Assembly (NCBI GenBank): GCA_947625895.1
Contig: CANQPZ010000001.1
Span: 15,930 to 79,929, forward strand
DNA length: 64,000 bases
DNA from: an uncultured Clostridia bacterium
GTDB taxonomy: Bacteria > Bacillota > Clostridia > TANB77 > CAG-508
Reading direction: 5' to 3'
The position numbers and the translations under genes were made by a program. Numbering within the stretch: the stretch's first letter is position 1; each line of letters begins with the position of its first letter. The notes beneath the pieces are model-generated. The model made no database searches and was not told where the DNA came from. It saw nothing but the letters and a program-made list of their open reading frames with translations. Below, piece by piece: positions 39,916 through 51,681 of the stretch.

Positions 39916-41100
39916 ATGAAAGAATTAGTTATTAATGAAATAGAAGAAACCCAAAGAATTTTTTTATTAGAAGATAATGAATTAACAGAAAGATACATTG
40001 ATTCCAAATTTAAAAAACGTTTAGAAGGAAATATTTATGTTGGAAAAGTACAGAATATACTTCCAGGTTTACAAGCAGCCTTTATAAATGTTGGGGAAAA
40101 TAGAAATGCATTTATTCATTTGAAAGACATTTTACCTAAAGTAGATGTATGTAAGAATGAAACAAATGAAATAGAAAATGTAGATATAAAAAATGTAATA
40201 CATATTGGTGATCCAATAATTGTTGAAATAAAAAGAGATAGTTATAATAAAAAAGGTGCAAGAGCTTCAACTCATATTAATTTGCCTGGAAGATATCTTG
40301 TTTTATTACCAAATTCAACTTTTGTTACAACTTCACAGAAAATTGAAGATGAAACAGAAAGAAAAAGATTAGTTGATATAGTTAAAAATTATATACCTGA
40401 AAACATGGGAGCAATTATTAGAACTTCTGCTATTGGAAAAAATGAGAAAGAAATAAAAAAAGATTTAGAAAGTTTAACTGAAAAATGGAAAGAAATTATT
40501 AGCATTGAATTTGAGAGAAAAGATATTCCAAAACTTATATATAAATCAAACGAAATAGTTGATAAATTGTTAATTGATCTTATGGATAGAGGATTATCTA
40601 AGATATATGTAAATAAAGAAGAAACTAGGGACAAAATACTTAATAGATTAAAAGAGTGGAATAAAAAAGATATTGAAGTTATATATGAGGAGAATAAACC
40701 TTTAGAAGAATATTATGATTTAAGTAAGCAGGCAGAAATTAGTGAAGATAGAAAAGTTTGGTTAAAAAGTGGTGGATTTATAACAATTGATAAGACTGAA
40801 GCTTTAACTGCAATTGATGTAAACTCAGCTAAATATACAGGGAAAAGCGATTTAGAGAATACTGCTTTTGAAATCAATAAAGAAGCTGCATTGGAGATTG
40901 CAAAACAAATTCGATTAAGAGATATTGGTGGAATCATAGTTATTGATTTTATTGATTTACATGATGAGAAACACAAAGAAGAAATAATTAATATATTTAA
41001 AAGTGAGTTAAAAAAAGATAGAACAAAGGTACAAATAGAAGGCTTTACAAGGCTTAATTTATTAGAACTTACACGTAAACATATATGTAGTGAATATTAA
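39916..41100 (+). CDS. rng: RNase E/G family ribonuclease (Rng/CafA-like, S1 domain plus catalytic domain). Short, 394 aa
   Basis: S1 domain GNIYVGKVQNILPGLQAAFINVGENRNAFIH and catalytic-domain motifs (GGFITIDKTEALTAIDVNS, IGGIIVIDFIDL). Confidence 0.65.
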   Translation: MKELVINEIEETQRIFLLEDNELTERYIDSKFKKRLEGNIYVGKVQNILPGLQAAFINVGENRNAFIHLKDILPKVDVCKNETNEIENVDIKNVIHIGDPIIVEIKRDSYNKKGARASTHINLPGRYLVLLPNSTFVTTSQKIEDETERKRLVDIVKNYIPENMGAIIRTSAIGKNEKEIKKDLESLTEKWKEIISIEFERKDIPKLIYKSNEIVDKLLIDLMDRGLSKIYVNKEETRDKILNRLKEWNKKDIEVIYEENKPLEEYYDLSKQAEISEDRKVWLKSGGFITIDKTEALTAIDVNSAKYTGKSDLENTAFEINKEAALEIAKQIRLRDIGGIIVIDFIDLHDEKHKEEIINIFKSELKKDRTKVQIEGFTRLNLLELTRKHICSEY

Positions 41101-41127
41101 TTTAAATCAAAATGGAAAGGTGAAATA

Positions 41128-42429
41128 ATGAAAGTAGGATTCATATCATTAGGGTGTAGTAAAAACCTAATAGATACTGAAATGGGAATAAGTTTATTTA
41201 AAGATCATAAATTTGAAATTGTGAATAATCCAGAAGAAGCGGAAATAATTGTTGTAAATACTTGTGGATTTATTGAATCAGCTAAAGAAGAGGCAATAAA
41301 TACTATTTTAGAAATGGCTGAATATAAAAAGAAAAAATGCCGTTATCTTGTAGCAATGGGATGCTTAGTAAAAAGATATAAGGATGAATTAGAAAAGAGT
41401 ATACCTGAAGTAGATTTATGGATTAGTCTTGATGAGTATAAAGACTTTTGGGAAAAGATTTCCACTTTAATTGGACAAGATGTGGATAAAGAAAGCTATA
41501 TTTCTTACAGAAATAGAACAATTACTACAGGAAAAAAGATGGCTTATTTAAAAATTGCAGAAGGATGTGACAATTATTGTACATATTGTGCAATTCCTTA
41601 TATAAGAGGTAGATTTGAAAGTAGGAAAATTGAAGAAATACTAGAAGAAGCTAAAAACCTAGCTGATAACGGATATGAGGAAATAATATTAATTGCACAA
41701 GATACAACAAAATATGGAATAGATATTTATGGTGAATACAAATTAGCAGAATTATTGACTAAACTTTGCAGAATAGAAAAAATAAAATGGATTAGATTTC
41801 TATATGCATATCCAGAAAGCATTACAGATGAGCTAATTCAAACTGTGAAAAAAGAAGAAAAAATTTGCAAATATTTTGATATTCCAATTCAACATTTTTC
41901 AGATCATATTTTGAAAAAAATGAATAGAAAAACAACTAAAAATGATATTGTTAATGTTGTAAATAAAATCAGAAAGGAAATTCCTAATGCAATATTAAGA
42001 ACAACTTTAATTGTTGGATTCCCTGGAGAAACAGAAGAGGATTTTGAAATACTTAAAAAATGTGTAACGGAACTTAAATTTGACAGACTAGGATGTTTCA
42101 CATATTCAAAAGAAGATGGTACACCAGCTGCAAAATTTGAAAATCAAATTCATTATTCTACTAAGAAAAAAAGATATAGAATTATTATGGAAAGTCAAAA
42201 AGTTATTTCTGATAATTTATTAAAAGATAAAATTGGAAATACATATGATGTTTTAATTGAAGATATAACTTCAGATGGAACTTTTTACATAGGAAGGTCT
42301 TATATGGACAGTCCAGATACTGATGGAGTAATTTATGTAGCTAATAACGGAGAAGATTTAATTGATAAATTTGTAAAATGTAAAATAGTTGCTTGCGAAG
42401 AATATGATTTATATGCTGAAGTTATTTAA
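41128..42429 (+). CDS. rimO: Ribosomal protein S12 methylthiotransferase RimO (MiaB-like radical SAM plus TRAM)
   Basis: MTTase N-domain KVGFISLGCSKNLIDTE, radical-SAM CDNYCTYCAIP, C-terminal TRAM domain. Confidence 0.8.
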   Translation: MKVGFISLGCSKNLIDTEMGISLFKDHKFEIVNNPEEAEIIVVNTCGFIESAKEEAINTILEMAEYKKKKCRYLVAMGCLVKRYKDELEKSIPEVDLWISLDEYKDFWEKISTLIGQDVDKESYISYRNRTITTGKKMAYLKIAEGCDNYCTYCAIPYIRGRFESRKIEEILEEAKNLADNGYEEIILIAQDTTKYGIDIYGEYKLAELLTKLCRIEKIKWIRFLYAYPESITDELIQTVKKEEKICKYFDIPIQHFSDHILKKMNRKTTKNDIVNVVNKIRKEIPNAILRTTLIVGFPGETEEDFEILKKCVTELKFDRLGCFTYSKEDGTPAAKFENQIHYSTKKKRYRIIMESQKVISDNLLKDKIGNTYDVLIEDITSDGTFYIGRSYMDSPDTDGVIYVANNGEDLIDKFVKCKIVACEEYDLYAEVI

Positions 42430-42465
42430 GAAATGTTTAAATATATTTAAGTGAATAAAAGTAAA

Positions 42466-42496
42466 ACAGAGCATTGAATTTTTCAATGCTCTTTAA
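42466..42496. terminator. Bidirectional terminator between convergent rimO and the 42530-42883 gene
   Basis: CAGAGCATTGAA-ttt-TTCAATGCTCT perfect hairpin flanked by A/T runs on both sides. Confidence 0.5.
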
Positions 42497-42529
42497 AATG
42501 ATTAAAACAATATATTAGTTGAATCTATG

Positions 42530-42883
42530 TTAGTCATTTATTTCACGTTCTTCTGTTTTTGGCTTTTTTCCTGGTTTTCTTCCTGCTTTTCCTTTTGTAA
42601 GTGTACTTGATGTTAATTCGGAAGTTTCATTGATTTTTGTTCTCCAAGGATTAATTTCTTCTTTATATTCAGGCTCTTCTAAAGTTGAAAGTGATTCAGC
42701 TCCTTTAGCTTGATTTGCATAAGCTTTTTTGAAAGCATCACTATATTCATCAGTTTTAGTTTCTTCTACATTATATGTACCTGCAGAAGAATCCACAATA
42801 ATACTAAATAGTGCGGAATTACTTATTTTATTCATTATTCTTTTAAATAAAGATTCTTTTTTCTCTACTGCTAATGTTTTCAT
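42530..42883 (-). CDS. Hypothetical small charged protein (117 aa)
   Basis: ORF with a plausible start. Lys/Glu-rich with a basic C-terminal tail. No recognisable domain. Confidence 0.3.
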   Translation of the reverse strand: MKTLAVEKKESLFKRIMNKISNSALFSIIVDSSAGTYNVEETKTDEYSDAFKKAYANQAKGAESLSTLEEPEYKEEINPWRTKINETSELTSSTLTKGKAGRKPGKKPKTEEREIND

Positions 42884-43027
42884 TTTTTAATCCTTTCTCG
42901 AAAAATCATATATTAATTATAGCATACAAAACCCAGAAAATCAAGTAATTTACATAAAAAAAGAAAGCCTGTTTATTGACATAATAACGAAATTCTCTTA
43001 TAATATTTGTATTGAAAGGGAGATAAT

Positions 43028-43627
43028 ATGAGAATAGAAGAGACAAAAGCTATAATTGAATCTATTTTATTTGCTGCTGGTAGAAAAGTTACTACCATTG
43101 AACTTGCTACTATTCTTGAAAAAACTCCAGAAGAAATTGATGCAATTATGCAAAATTTTATGGATGATTACAAGAAAGAAGAAAGAGGTATAGAGCTAAT
43201 AAAAGTAAATGATGGCTACGAACTATCAACAAAAAAAGATTACTATGATTATATAGTTCAAGTTTTTGATAATCGTTCAAAACCATCTTTATCTGCTGCG
43301 GCTTTGGAAATCTTATCTATAATTGCGTATAATCCAAAAATAACTCGTGCTGAAATAGAAGCAATAAGAGGCGTTAATTCTGATGGAACATTATACAGAT
43401 TAATGGAATATCATTTGATTGAAGAAGCTGGAAAGCTTGACGCACCAGGAAGACCAACAACATATAGAATAACAGATGATTTTCTAAAAATGTTTGGATT
43501 ATCTTCACTAGATGAACTACCCGAACTTCCACGTTATAAAATTGATGAAAATGAACAAATTGTACTTGATGAAATTGAAATGAATGAAGAGCCGAAAAAC
43601 GAGGAAAGTAATAAGGTAGAAAATTAA
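43028..43627 (+). CDS. scpB: Segregation and condensation protein B
   Basis: AIIESILFAAGRKVT...LEILSIIAYNPKITRAEIEAIRGVNSDGTLYRLMEYHLIEEAGKLDAPGRP; ScpB winged-helix motifs. Confidence 0.8.
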   Translation: MRIEETKAIIESILFAAGRKVTTIELATILEKTPEEIDAIMQNFMDDYKKEERGIELIKVNDGYELSTKKDYYDYIVQVFDNRSKPSLSAAALEILSIIAYNPKITRAEIEAIRGVNSDGTLYRLMEYHLIEEAGKLDAPGRPTTYRITDDFLKMFGLSSLDELPELPRYKIDENEQIVLDEIEMNEEPKNEESNKVEN

Positions 43628-43698
43628 TTATAATTTTGACTAATTGCAAAATTTAATTCTTTTCTAACCTATTTAAGTTTTGGAAAGGAATGATATTT

Positions 43699-45141
43699 AT
43701 GAGTAATAATAAAAATGAATATGTTAAAGAAATAACAAATATTGAGGAAGACTTTGCACAGTGGTATACAGATGTAGTTCTAAAAGCAGAACTTGCTGAT
43801 TATACTGATGTAAAAGGATTTATTGCGATTCGTCCATATGGATTTGCAATTTGGGAAAATATAAAAAATTATATGGATGCAGAATTTAAAAAAGCTGGAG
43901 TAACTAATTTATATATGCCAGTTTTAATTCCAGAGAGTTTATTAAATAAAGAAGAAGAACATGTTGAAGGATTTGCACCAGAAGTTGCTTGGGTTACTAT
44001 AGGAGGAGAAGAAGAACTAGAAGAAAAGCTTTGTATAAGACCAACTTCAGAAACAATGATGTCTACAATGTATTCAAAATGGATTAGTTCATGGAGAGAT
44101 TTACCACTACTTGGAAATCAATGGTGCAGTGTTTTGAGATGGGAAAAAGAAACAAGACCATTCTTACGTTCTAGAGAATTTTTATGGCAAGAAGGTCATA
44201 CTATTCATGAAACAGCTGAAGAAGCACAAAAATTCACACTAAGAATGCTTGACGTATATGCAGATGTTATTGAAAATTTACTAGCAATTCCAGTTCTTAA
44301 AGGTAGAAAAACTGAAAAAGAAAAGTTTGCTGGAGCTGAAGCAACATATACAGTAGAAACTTTAATGCATGATGGTAGAGCATTACAAGCAGGAACTTCA
44401 CATTATTTTGGACAAAATTTTTCTAAGCCATTTAGTATTAAATTCCAAAATAGAGAAGGCAAAGAAGAATATGCTTATCAAACTTCTTGGGGAGCTACAA
44501 CTAGACTTATTGGAGCTGTCATAATGGCTCATGGAGATAATAGAGGATTAAAATTACCACCAAGAGTTGCTCCAATTCAAGCAGTTATTGTGCCTATAGC
44601 AATTCATAAAGAAGGGGTAATTGAAAAAGCACAAGAACTAAATGAAAAACTAGAAAAGAAATTTAGAATGAAAATAGACTTAAGAGATAATTATTCAACA
44701 GGGTTCAAATTTAATGATTGGGAAATGAGAGGTGTACCAGTTAGAATAGAAATTGGACCAAAAGATATTGAAAATGGTGAAGCTGTTCTAGTTAGAAGAG
44801 ACACTTCAGAAAAAGAAGTTGTTAAATTAGATAAAATTGAAGAAAGATTAGCTGAATTATTAGAAGAAATTCAAAAAAATATGTATAATGAAGCAGCTAA
44901 GATTAGAGAAAATAGAACTACAGTTGCACATACTTTAGATGAAATACTTAAAAACTTAGAAGAAAATCAAGGATATGTAAAAACAATGTGGTGCGGAAAT
45001 GTTGAATGTGAAAACAAGATAAAAGAAGTTACAGGAGCACATTCAAGATGCATTCCATTTGAACAAGAACATTTAGCCGATACTTGTCCAGTTTGTGGCA
45101 AAAAGGCTGAAAAAATGGTCGTATGGGGTCGCCAATATTAA
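43699..45141 (+). CDS. proS: Prolyl-tRNA synthetase, archaeal/eukaryal-type (no bacterial editing insertion, C-terminal Zn-binding domain ending in Y)
   Basis: Class II motifs and the C-terminal CxxC...[18 protein letters not shown] characteristic of the short ProRS type. Start at 43699 is preferred on RBS spacing. Confidence 0.8.
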   Translation: MSNNKNEYVKEITNIEEDFAQWYTDVVLKAELADYTDVKGFIAIRPYGFAIWENIKNYMDAEFKKAGVTNLYMPVLIPESLLNKEEEHVEGFAPEVAWVTIGGEEELEEKLCIRPTSETMMSTMYSKWISSWRDLPLLGNQWCSVLRWEKETRPFLRSREFLWQEGHTIHETAEEAQKFTLRMLDVYADVIENLLAIPVLKGRKTEKEKFAGAEATYTVETLMHDGRALQAGTSHYFGQNFSKPFSIKFQNREGKEEYAYQTSWGATTRLIGAVIMAHGDNRGLKLPPRVAPIQAVIVPIAIHKEGVIEKAQELNEKLEKKFRMKIDLRDNYSTGFKFNDWEMRGVPVRIEIGPKDIENGEAVLVRRDTSEKEVVKLDKIEERLAELLEEIQKNMYNEAAKIRENRTTVAHTLDEILKNLEENQGYVKTMWCGNVECENKIKEVTGAHSRCIPFEQEHLADTCPVCGKKAEKMVVWGRQY

Positions 45142-45166
45142 TTACACATAAGAAGAGGTTTTTATA

Positions 45167-45772
45167 ATGGAAAAAAAGAAAGCTTTAGGCAATTTAGGTT
45201 TACTTTTAATTTTAATACTATTAATTATAATTATTTATGTTATTTTTGGCAGGCAATCTGCTAAACAAGAAAATAATGAAGTTAATTTAGTAGATATTGG
45301 TTACAGCTCTGATGTAAATAGAGTTGGTTATAGAGATGCAAAAGGTATTTTGAATAATTATATTGAAGGATATAATACTTCTGATGGTGAAAAGGTCTTA
45401 GGAATGATGGACTTGATTGCTCTATACATTTATCAAGAAGTTGATTGTAAAGACGAAGATTTCGATGCTAAATATGAAGAAATTTTAAGTAATCCTGGTG
45501 GATATAAAGACCTCATTTTAATGCAAAAGTCTGCTGAAAAATATGAAAAAGAATATATTAATGAAATAAATAATGATTCACCAACATTAACTTTGATGGA
45601 AAATTCTGAAATACAGGATGTAACTAAATATTTAAGTAAGATGACTGCTAAAATCAAAATTGTTTCAGAAAAAGAAGGAATAGATGAAGTATCAGATGTT
45701 CAATTTATATTACTGCATAGAGAAGATACCTACTATGTTATAGATTCGGAAAAAGTTTTTAATGAAGAATAA
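45167..45772 (+). CDS. Hypothetical membrane-anchored protein (201 aa)
   Basis: N-terminal TM helix LGNLGLLLILILLIIIIYVIF followed by an acidic soluble domain. No recognisable family. Confidence 0.35.
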   Translation: MEKKKALGNLGLLLILILLIIIIYVIFGRQSAKQENNEVNLVDIGYSSDVNRVGYRDAKGILNNYIEGYNTSDGEKVLGMMDLIALYIYQEVDCKDEDFDAKYEEILSNPGGYKDLILMQKSAEKYEKEYINEINNDSPTLTLMENSEIQDVTKYLSKMTAKIKIVSEKEGIDEVSDVQFILLHREDTYYVIDSEKVFNEE

Positions 45773-45778
45773 AGAAAA

Positions 45779-45807
45779 ATATAGCTATTTATAGCTATAT
45801 TTTTTTG
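45779..45807 (+). terminator. Rho-independent terminator after the 45167-45772 gene
   Basis: ATATAGCTA-ttta-TAGCTATAT perfect hairpin followed by TTTTTT. Confidence 0.55.
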
Positions 45808-45855
45808 TTATATAAATTCTTAGTTCTAATATAAATAAATTTGAATAGAATACTA

Positions 45856-45912
45856 TTGACAAATATTAGAAAAAGGTATAAATTATTAGCAGACACGAAC
45901 AAAGACTGCTAA
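45856..45912 (+). promoter_or_regulatory. groESL promoter (TTGACA...TATAAAT) plus a CIRCE-like HrcA operator (TTAGCAGAC-N9-GACTGCTAA)
   Basis: TTGACA at 45856-45861 and a -10 at about 45877-45884. The inverted repeat at 45886-45912 matches the CIRCE consensus TTAGCACTC-N9-GAGTGCTAA in the outer 6 of 9 positions of each arm, immediately upstream of groES. Confidence 0.6.
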
Positions 45913-45948
45913 AAAGATAAAATTTTATTAGAAAGGGATGAACAATTT

Positions 45949-46227
45949 ATGATTAAACCATTAACTGATAAGGTTTTAATTAAAATGAAAGAAAAAGAAG
46001 AAACAACTAAAAGTGGAATTATTCTTACAGCAACAAAAGAAAAACCACAAGTAGCAGAAGTTATTGCTGTAGGACCAGGAAAAGTTGTTGATGGGAAGAA
46101 AGAAGAAATGTATATAAAGGTTGGCGATAAAGTTATATTAAATAAGTATGCCGGAACAGAAGTTAAGTATGAAAATGAAGATTATTTAATAGTTAGTCAA
46201 TCTGATATTTTAGCTATTGTTGATTAG
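45949..46227 (+). CDS. groES: Co-chaperonin GroES
   Basis: [12 protein letters not shown]...; 92 aa, canonical GroES. Confidence 0.95.
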   Translation: MIKPLTDKVLIKMKEKEETTKSGIILTATKEKPQVAEVIAVGPGKVVDGKKEEMYIKVGDKVILNKYAGTEVKYENEDYLIVSQSDILAIVD

Positions 46228-46241
46228 AAAGGAAGTTTTGA

Positions 46242-47870
<1,629 letters not shown>

Positions 47871-47883
47871 TTAATAAATGAAA

Positions 47884-47926
47884 TAAAAAAATGCGGGCTA
47901 TATTTAAATGGTCCGCATTTTTTTAG
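47884..47926. terminator. Bidirectional terminator between groEL (+) and the small Cys-rich peptide gene (-)
   Basis: AAAAAAATGCGG...CCGCATTTTTTT symmetric hairpin with A/T runs on both flanks. Confidence 0.6.
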
Positions 47927-47938
47927 GAAATGTTTGTG

Positions 47939-48055
47939 TTAGCAACCGCAATTTCTGTTTCCACCGCAGCAACAGAAAATGATTATTAAAAGAATTATTA
48001 TCCATAAACAATCATCGCCATTTCCAAAACCACCGCAACCTCTGTTTTCTGGCAT
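47939..48055 (-). CDS. Small (38 aa) Gly/Cys-rich hydrophobic peptide, YjcZ-like sporulation-family small protein (below the ORF-track size cutoff)
   Basis: Minus-strand ORF encoding MPENRGCGGFGNGDDCLWIIILLIIIFCCCGGNRNCGC, preceded by a perfect RBS AAAGGAGGGATTTGC-ATG. Composition (a GCGGFG patch, an Ile/Leu-rich hydrophobic core and Cys/Gly ends) matches the YjcZ/small sporulation peptide family. Confidence 0.5.
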   Translation of the reverse strand: MPENRGCGGFGNGDDCLWIIILLIIIFCCCGGNRNCGC

Positions 48056-48247
48056 GCAAATCCCTCCTTTAAGTATAGCCTGAGTATTTCAACTCTTTTG
48101 TAAATCCTTAGTATGTTATATAGTATGAAGAAAGGAAAAAAGTGTGCTTAAAAAATACATAAAAACGTATACAAAAATAATTTGTTAGTGATATAATACA
48201 AAAAAAGTGTGTGCATAAGAAAAATAAAATGCTAATGAAAAGAAAAA

Positions 48248-50680
48248 TTGGAGGAAGTAATGGGAGATATTGTATTATTAGATGATCTAACAATTAACAA
48301 AATTGCAGCTGGTGAAGTTATTGAAAGACCTTCTTCTGTTGTAAAAGAAATGGTTGAGAATTCCATAGATGCAGGAGCTACTAAAATAACAGTAGAAATA
48401 AAAAATGGTGGAATTTCTTATATTCGTGTTACTGATAATGGTAAAGGTATTTCAGAAGATGACATGGAGATTGCTTTTGAAAGACATGCAACTAGTAAAA
48501 TTAGACAAGCTGATGATATTTTACAAGTAAAATCTATGGGGTTCAGAGGTGAGGCTTTAGCTAGTATTGCTGCAATAGCAAATGTTGAAATGGTGTCAAG
48601 AAAAGCCGATAGCGATATAGGACATAGAATTGTTGTAGAAGGTGGAAAAGTATTAGAAAAAACTGAAACTGGTGCACCTATAGGAACATCAATAACAGTA
48701 AAGAATCTATTTTACAATACACCTGTACGTTATAAATTTTTAAAGAAAGATTACACAGAATCTGGATATATAGAAGATGTAATAGCAAGATTAGCATTAG
48801 TAAATAGAAGTATATCATTTAAATTAATAAATTCTGGAAAACCAGTTATACAAACTTCTGGAAATGATGATATAAAATCAGTTGTTTATAGTATTTATGG
48901 AAAAGATGTTGCAGAAGCAATAATAAATGCAGAATATGAATTAGATGGAATTAAAGTTACAGGAGTTGTTGGTAAACCAGAAATAGCAAGATCTAATCGT
49001 GCAAATCAATTATTCTTTGTAAATGGAAGATATATAAAAGATAAAACATTAACTGCTGCATCAGAACAAGCTTTTAAAGGAATGATTCCTATAAATAAAT
49101 TTGGATTTATAATTTTAAATGTTGAATTAGATCCAAGCTTGGTTGATGTAAATGTTCATCCAGCAAAATTAGAAGTGAGATTTGAAGATGAAAACAAAGT
49201 ATTTAAAGCAGTTTATCATGCAATAAAAGAAGCTTTATCTAAAAAGGAATTAGTTGAAGAAGTTTCTCAGGAAAAAGAAGAAAAGCCAGCAACTAACATT
49301 ATTGAACTTTCAAGAGAAAAGCCTAAAACGGAAGAAGAACAGAAAAAAATGGATGAACAAAAAGATGAAATCTTTAAAAAGGCTGGAGAAATTATAGAAC
49401 AGGTAAATGAAGAAAAGAAACAAGAAGAACTTGATGAAAGTAAAAAAATAGAAGAAATTGATGATGATGACGCTCCTACATTCTTGAAAAAACATAAACA
49501 TATGTTAGAAACTAAAAAAGAGGGAAAAGAAAGTATTTTAGATGAATTGTCTAAGTTCAGAAAAGGATTAAAAGAAATAGGAGTTCATGAAGTTACACCT
49601 ACTGCGTATGTTCCTACTTTTGAAGAAGATGATGAAAACAAGAAAAAAGAAGAAAATTCTGACATTCCTTCTGAAGAAAAAGTTGAAGCAATGACAGAGG
49701 AATTAATAAAACAAAGACAGTCAAATGAAATTTTAGAAGAAGCAATAAAAAGTACTAAAATAGAAAAAATTCCTGACGATGAAGAACCAGCAAATTTTGA
49801 TGACATGTATGCTAAAATCTTTGGAAATAAAGTTCATTTTGAAGAAAATGAAACAAAAGAAGCTGATCTTACAGAATCAGAAAAAAGAGTTTTGGATGAT
49901 ATAAAAAATACTGTCAAAACTCAAGAAGATGAAAAGAATGAAGAAAATAATGAATCAGAAGATAAACCTGACGAACTAGATGAAAAAGTTAAAGAAAAGA
50001 TTGCTTTAATTACAGAAGATGAGCCTGACGATGAACCTAAAATAGAAGAGGCTATTACAAAAGAAAATGTTGAACAAATTGAAGAATTCAGAAATATGGC
50101 TGGAAAGAACTATAAATTTATAGGAATAGTTTTTTCAACATATATAATTGTAGAAATAGAAAATGAAATGTACATAATTGATCAACATGCTGCTCATGAA
50201 AGAATTAGATATGAACAAGTAAAAGCAAATTATTATAATGAAAAAAATAAAGATTCGCAATTAATGTTATTACCAGATATAATAACACTTTCTCATAAAG
50301 AAACTGAAACAATAAAAGAAAACGTAGAGATGTTTGAAAAAGCAGGATTCTCTTTAGAAGCTTTTGGTGAAAATACAATAAAATTAAATGGAGTTCCTAC
50401 ATTCTGCATTGATATGAATACAAAACAATTATTTTTAGAATTATTGGATGAAATAGATAATTTCTCAAGAACAGATAAACAGGATAAAGAGGAAAGATTT
50501 ATTGCAACTGTTGCTTGTAAGTCAGCAGTAAAAGCTAATATGAAATTAAATGAAGAAGAAGTAGATAAATTGATGGAAGAATTGTTAAAACTTCCTAATC
50601 CATTTACTTGTCCTCATGGAAGACCTACTGCAATTAAGATGAGTAAGTATGAGTTGGAGCGTAAGTTTGCTCGTAAATAG
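48248..50680 (+). CDS. mutL: DNA mismatch repair protein MutL (with a long acidic low-complexity linker)
   Basis: GHKL ATPase motifs (IAAGEVIERPSSVVKEMVENSIDAGAT..., DNGKGI, GFRGEALASI) and the C-terminal dimerisation domain (QHAAHERIRYE...FTCPHGRPT). No mutS adjacent. Confidence 0.9.
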   Translation: MEEVMGDIVLLDDLTINKIAAGEVIERPSSVVKEMVENSIDAGATKITVEIKNGGISYIRVTDNGKGISEDDMEIAFERHATSKIRQADDILQVKSMGFRGEALASIAAIANVEMVSRKADSDIGHRIVVEGGKVLEKTETGAPIGTSITVKNLFYNTPVRYKFLKKDYTESGYIEDVIARLALVNRSISFKLINSGKPVIQTSGNDDIKSVVYSIYGKDVAEAIINAEYELDGIKVTGVVGKPEIARSNRANQLFFVNGRYIKDKTLTAASEQAFKGMIPINKFGFIILNVELDPSLVDVNVHPAKLEVRFEDENKVFKAVYHAIKEALSKKELVEEVSQEKEEKPATNIIELSREKPKTEEEQKKMDEQKDEIFKKAGEIIEQVNEEKKQEELDESKKIEEIDDDDAPTFLKKHKHMLETKKEGKESILDELSKFRKGLKEIGVHEVTPTAYVPTFEEDDENKKKEENSDIPSEEKVEAMTEELIKQRQSNEILEEAIKSTKIEKIPDDEEPANFDDMYAKIFGNKVHFEENETKEADLTESEKRVLDDIKNTVKTQEDEKNEENNESEDKPDELDEKVKEKIALITEDEPDDEPKIEEAITKENVEQIEEFRNMAGKNYKFIGIVFSTYIIVEIENEMYIIDQHAAHERIRYEQVKANYYNEKNKDSQLMLLPDIITLSHKETETIKENVEMFEKAGFSLEAFGENTIKLNGVPTFCIDMNTKQLFLELLDEIDNFSRTDKQDKEERFIATVACKSAVKANMKLNEEEVDKLMEELLKLPNPFTCPHGRPTAIKMSKYELERKFARK

Positions 50681-50757
50681 TGCTTTTTGAAAATAAGCGG
50701 CGTCTTACTGTGTTAAAATTTAATTTTAAAATCCGTACACATCTAAAAGGGGGAAAA

Positions 50758-51681
50758 ATGAATAAACCAAAAGTTGTGGTTATTGCTGGACCTACTGCTT
50801 CAGGAAAAACTGCATTGGGAGTAGAATTGGCTAAAGAAATAAATGGAGAAGTAATTTCTGCTGATTCAATGCAAATATATAAAGATATGACAATTGGTAC
50901 AGCCAAACCTTTACCTGAGGAAATGGATGGAATTAATCATTATCTTATAGATTTTGTTTCACCTGATGAAAGATTTTCTGTAGCTGAGTTTAAAGTTTTA
51001 GCTGAAAAGAAAATTGAAGAAATATTATCATCAGGAAAAATGCCAATTATAGTTGGCGGAACAGGTCTTTATATTGATGCTCTTATATATGGAATTGAAT
51101 ATCCAGATGTAGAATTTGATGAAGAATATAGAAATGAATTATTGAAAATTGCTGAAACCGAAGAAGGACTAAATTCATTATATGATGATGCTATGAAAAT
51201 AGATCCAATTGCAATGGAAAAAATTAGTCATAATGATATAAAAAGAATAACTAGGATATTAGAATTGTATAAAGCAACTGGCAAAACCAAAACAGAACTT
51301 GAAAAAGAATCAAGAAAAAAAGAAATTAAGTATGATTATAGAGTTTTTGCAATTAATATGGATAGAGCAAAACTTTATGAAAGAATAAATCTTCGTGTTG
51401 ATCTTATGATAAAAAATGGATTGATAGATGAAGTTGAAGAAATACTTTCTAAATATAAAAAGTTTCCAACAGCAATGCAGGGATTAGGATACAAAGAAGT
51501 TGTACAATATCTTGACGGAAAATTAACAAAAGATGAGATGATTGAAAAAATTAAGCAGGAAACTAGAAGGTATGCAAAAAGACAGTTAACATGGTTTAGA
51601 AAAAATAAAAATACTATTTGGATAGATGGCACTAAGGATAGACAAGAAAATGTCAAATTTATAGTGGAGGAACTTAAGTGA
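50758..51681 (+). CDS. miaA: tRNA dimethylallyltransferase MiaA
   Basis: P-loop VVIAGPTASGKT, DSMQIYKDMTIGTAKP and YAKRQLTWFR motifs. True start MNKPK at 50758 after GGGGGAAAA. The ORF-track start at 50680 is an upstream extension. Confidence 0.85.
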   Translation: MNKPKVVVIAGPTASGKTALGVELAKEINGEVISADSMQIYKDMTIGTAKPLPEEMDGINHYLIDFVSPDERFSVAEFKVLAEKKIEEILSSGKMPIIVGGTGLYIDALIYGIEYPDVEFDEEYRNELLKIAETEEGLNSLYDDAMKIDPIAMEKISHNDIKRITRILELYKATGKTKTELEKESRKKEIKYDYRVFAINMDRAKLYERINLRVDLMIKNGLIDEVEEILSKYKKFPTAMQGLGYKEVVQYLDGKLTKDEMIEKIKQETRRYAKRQLTWFRKNKNTIWIDGTKDRQENVKFIVEELK

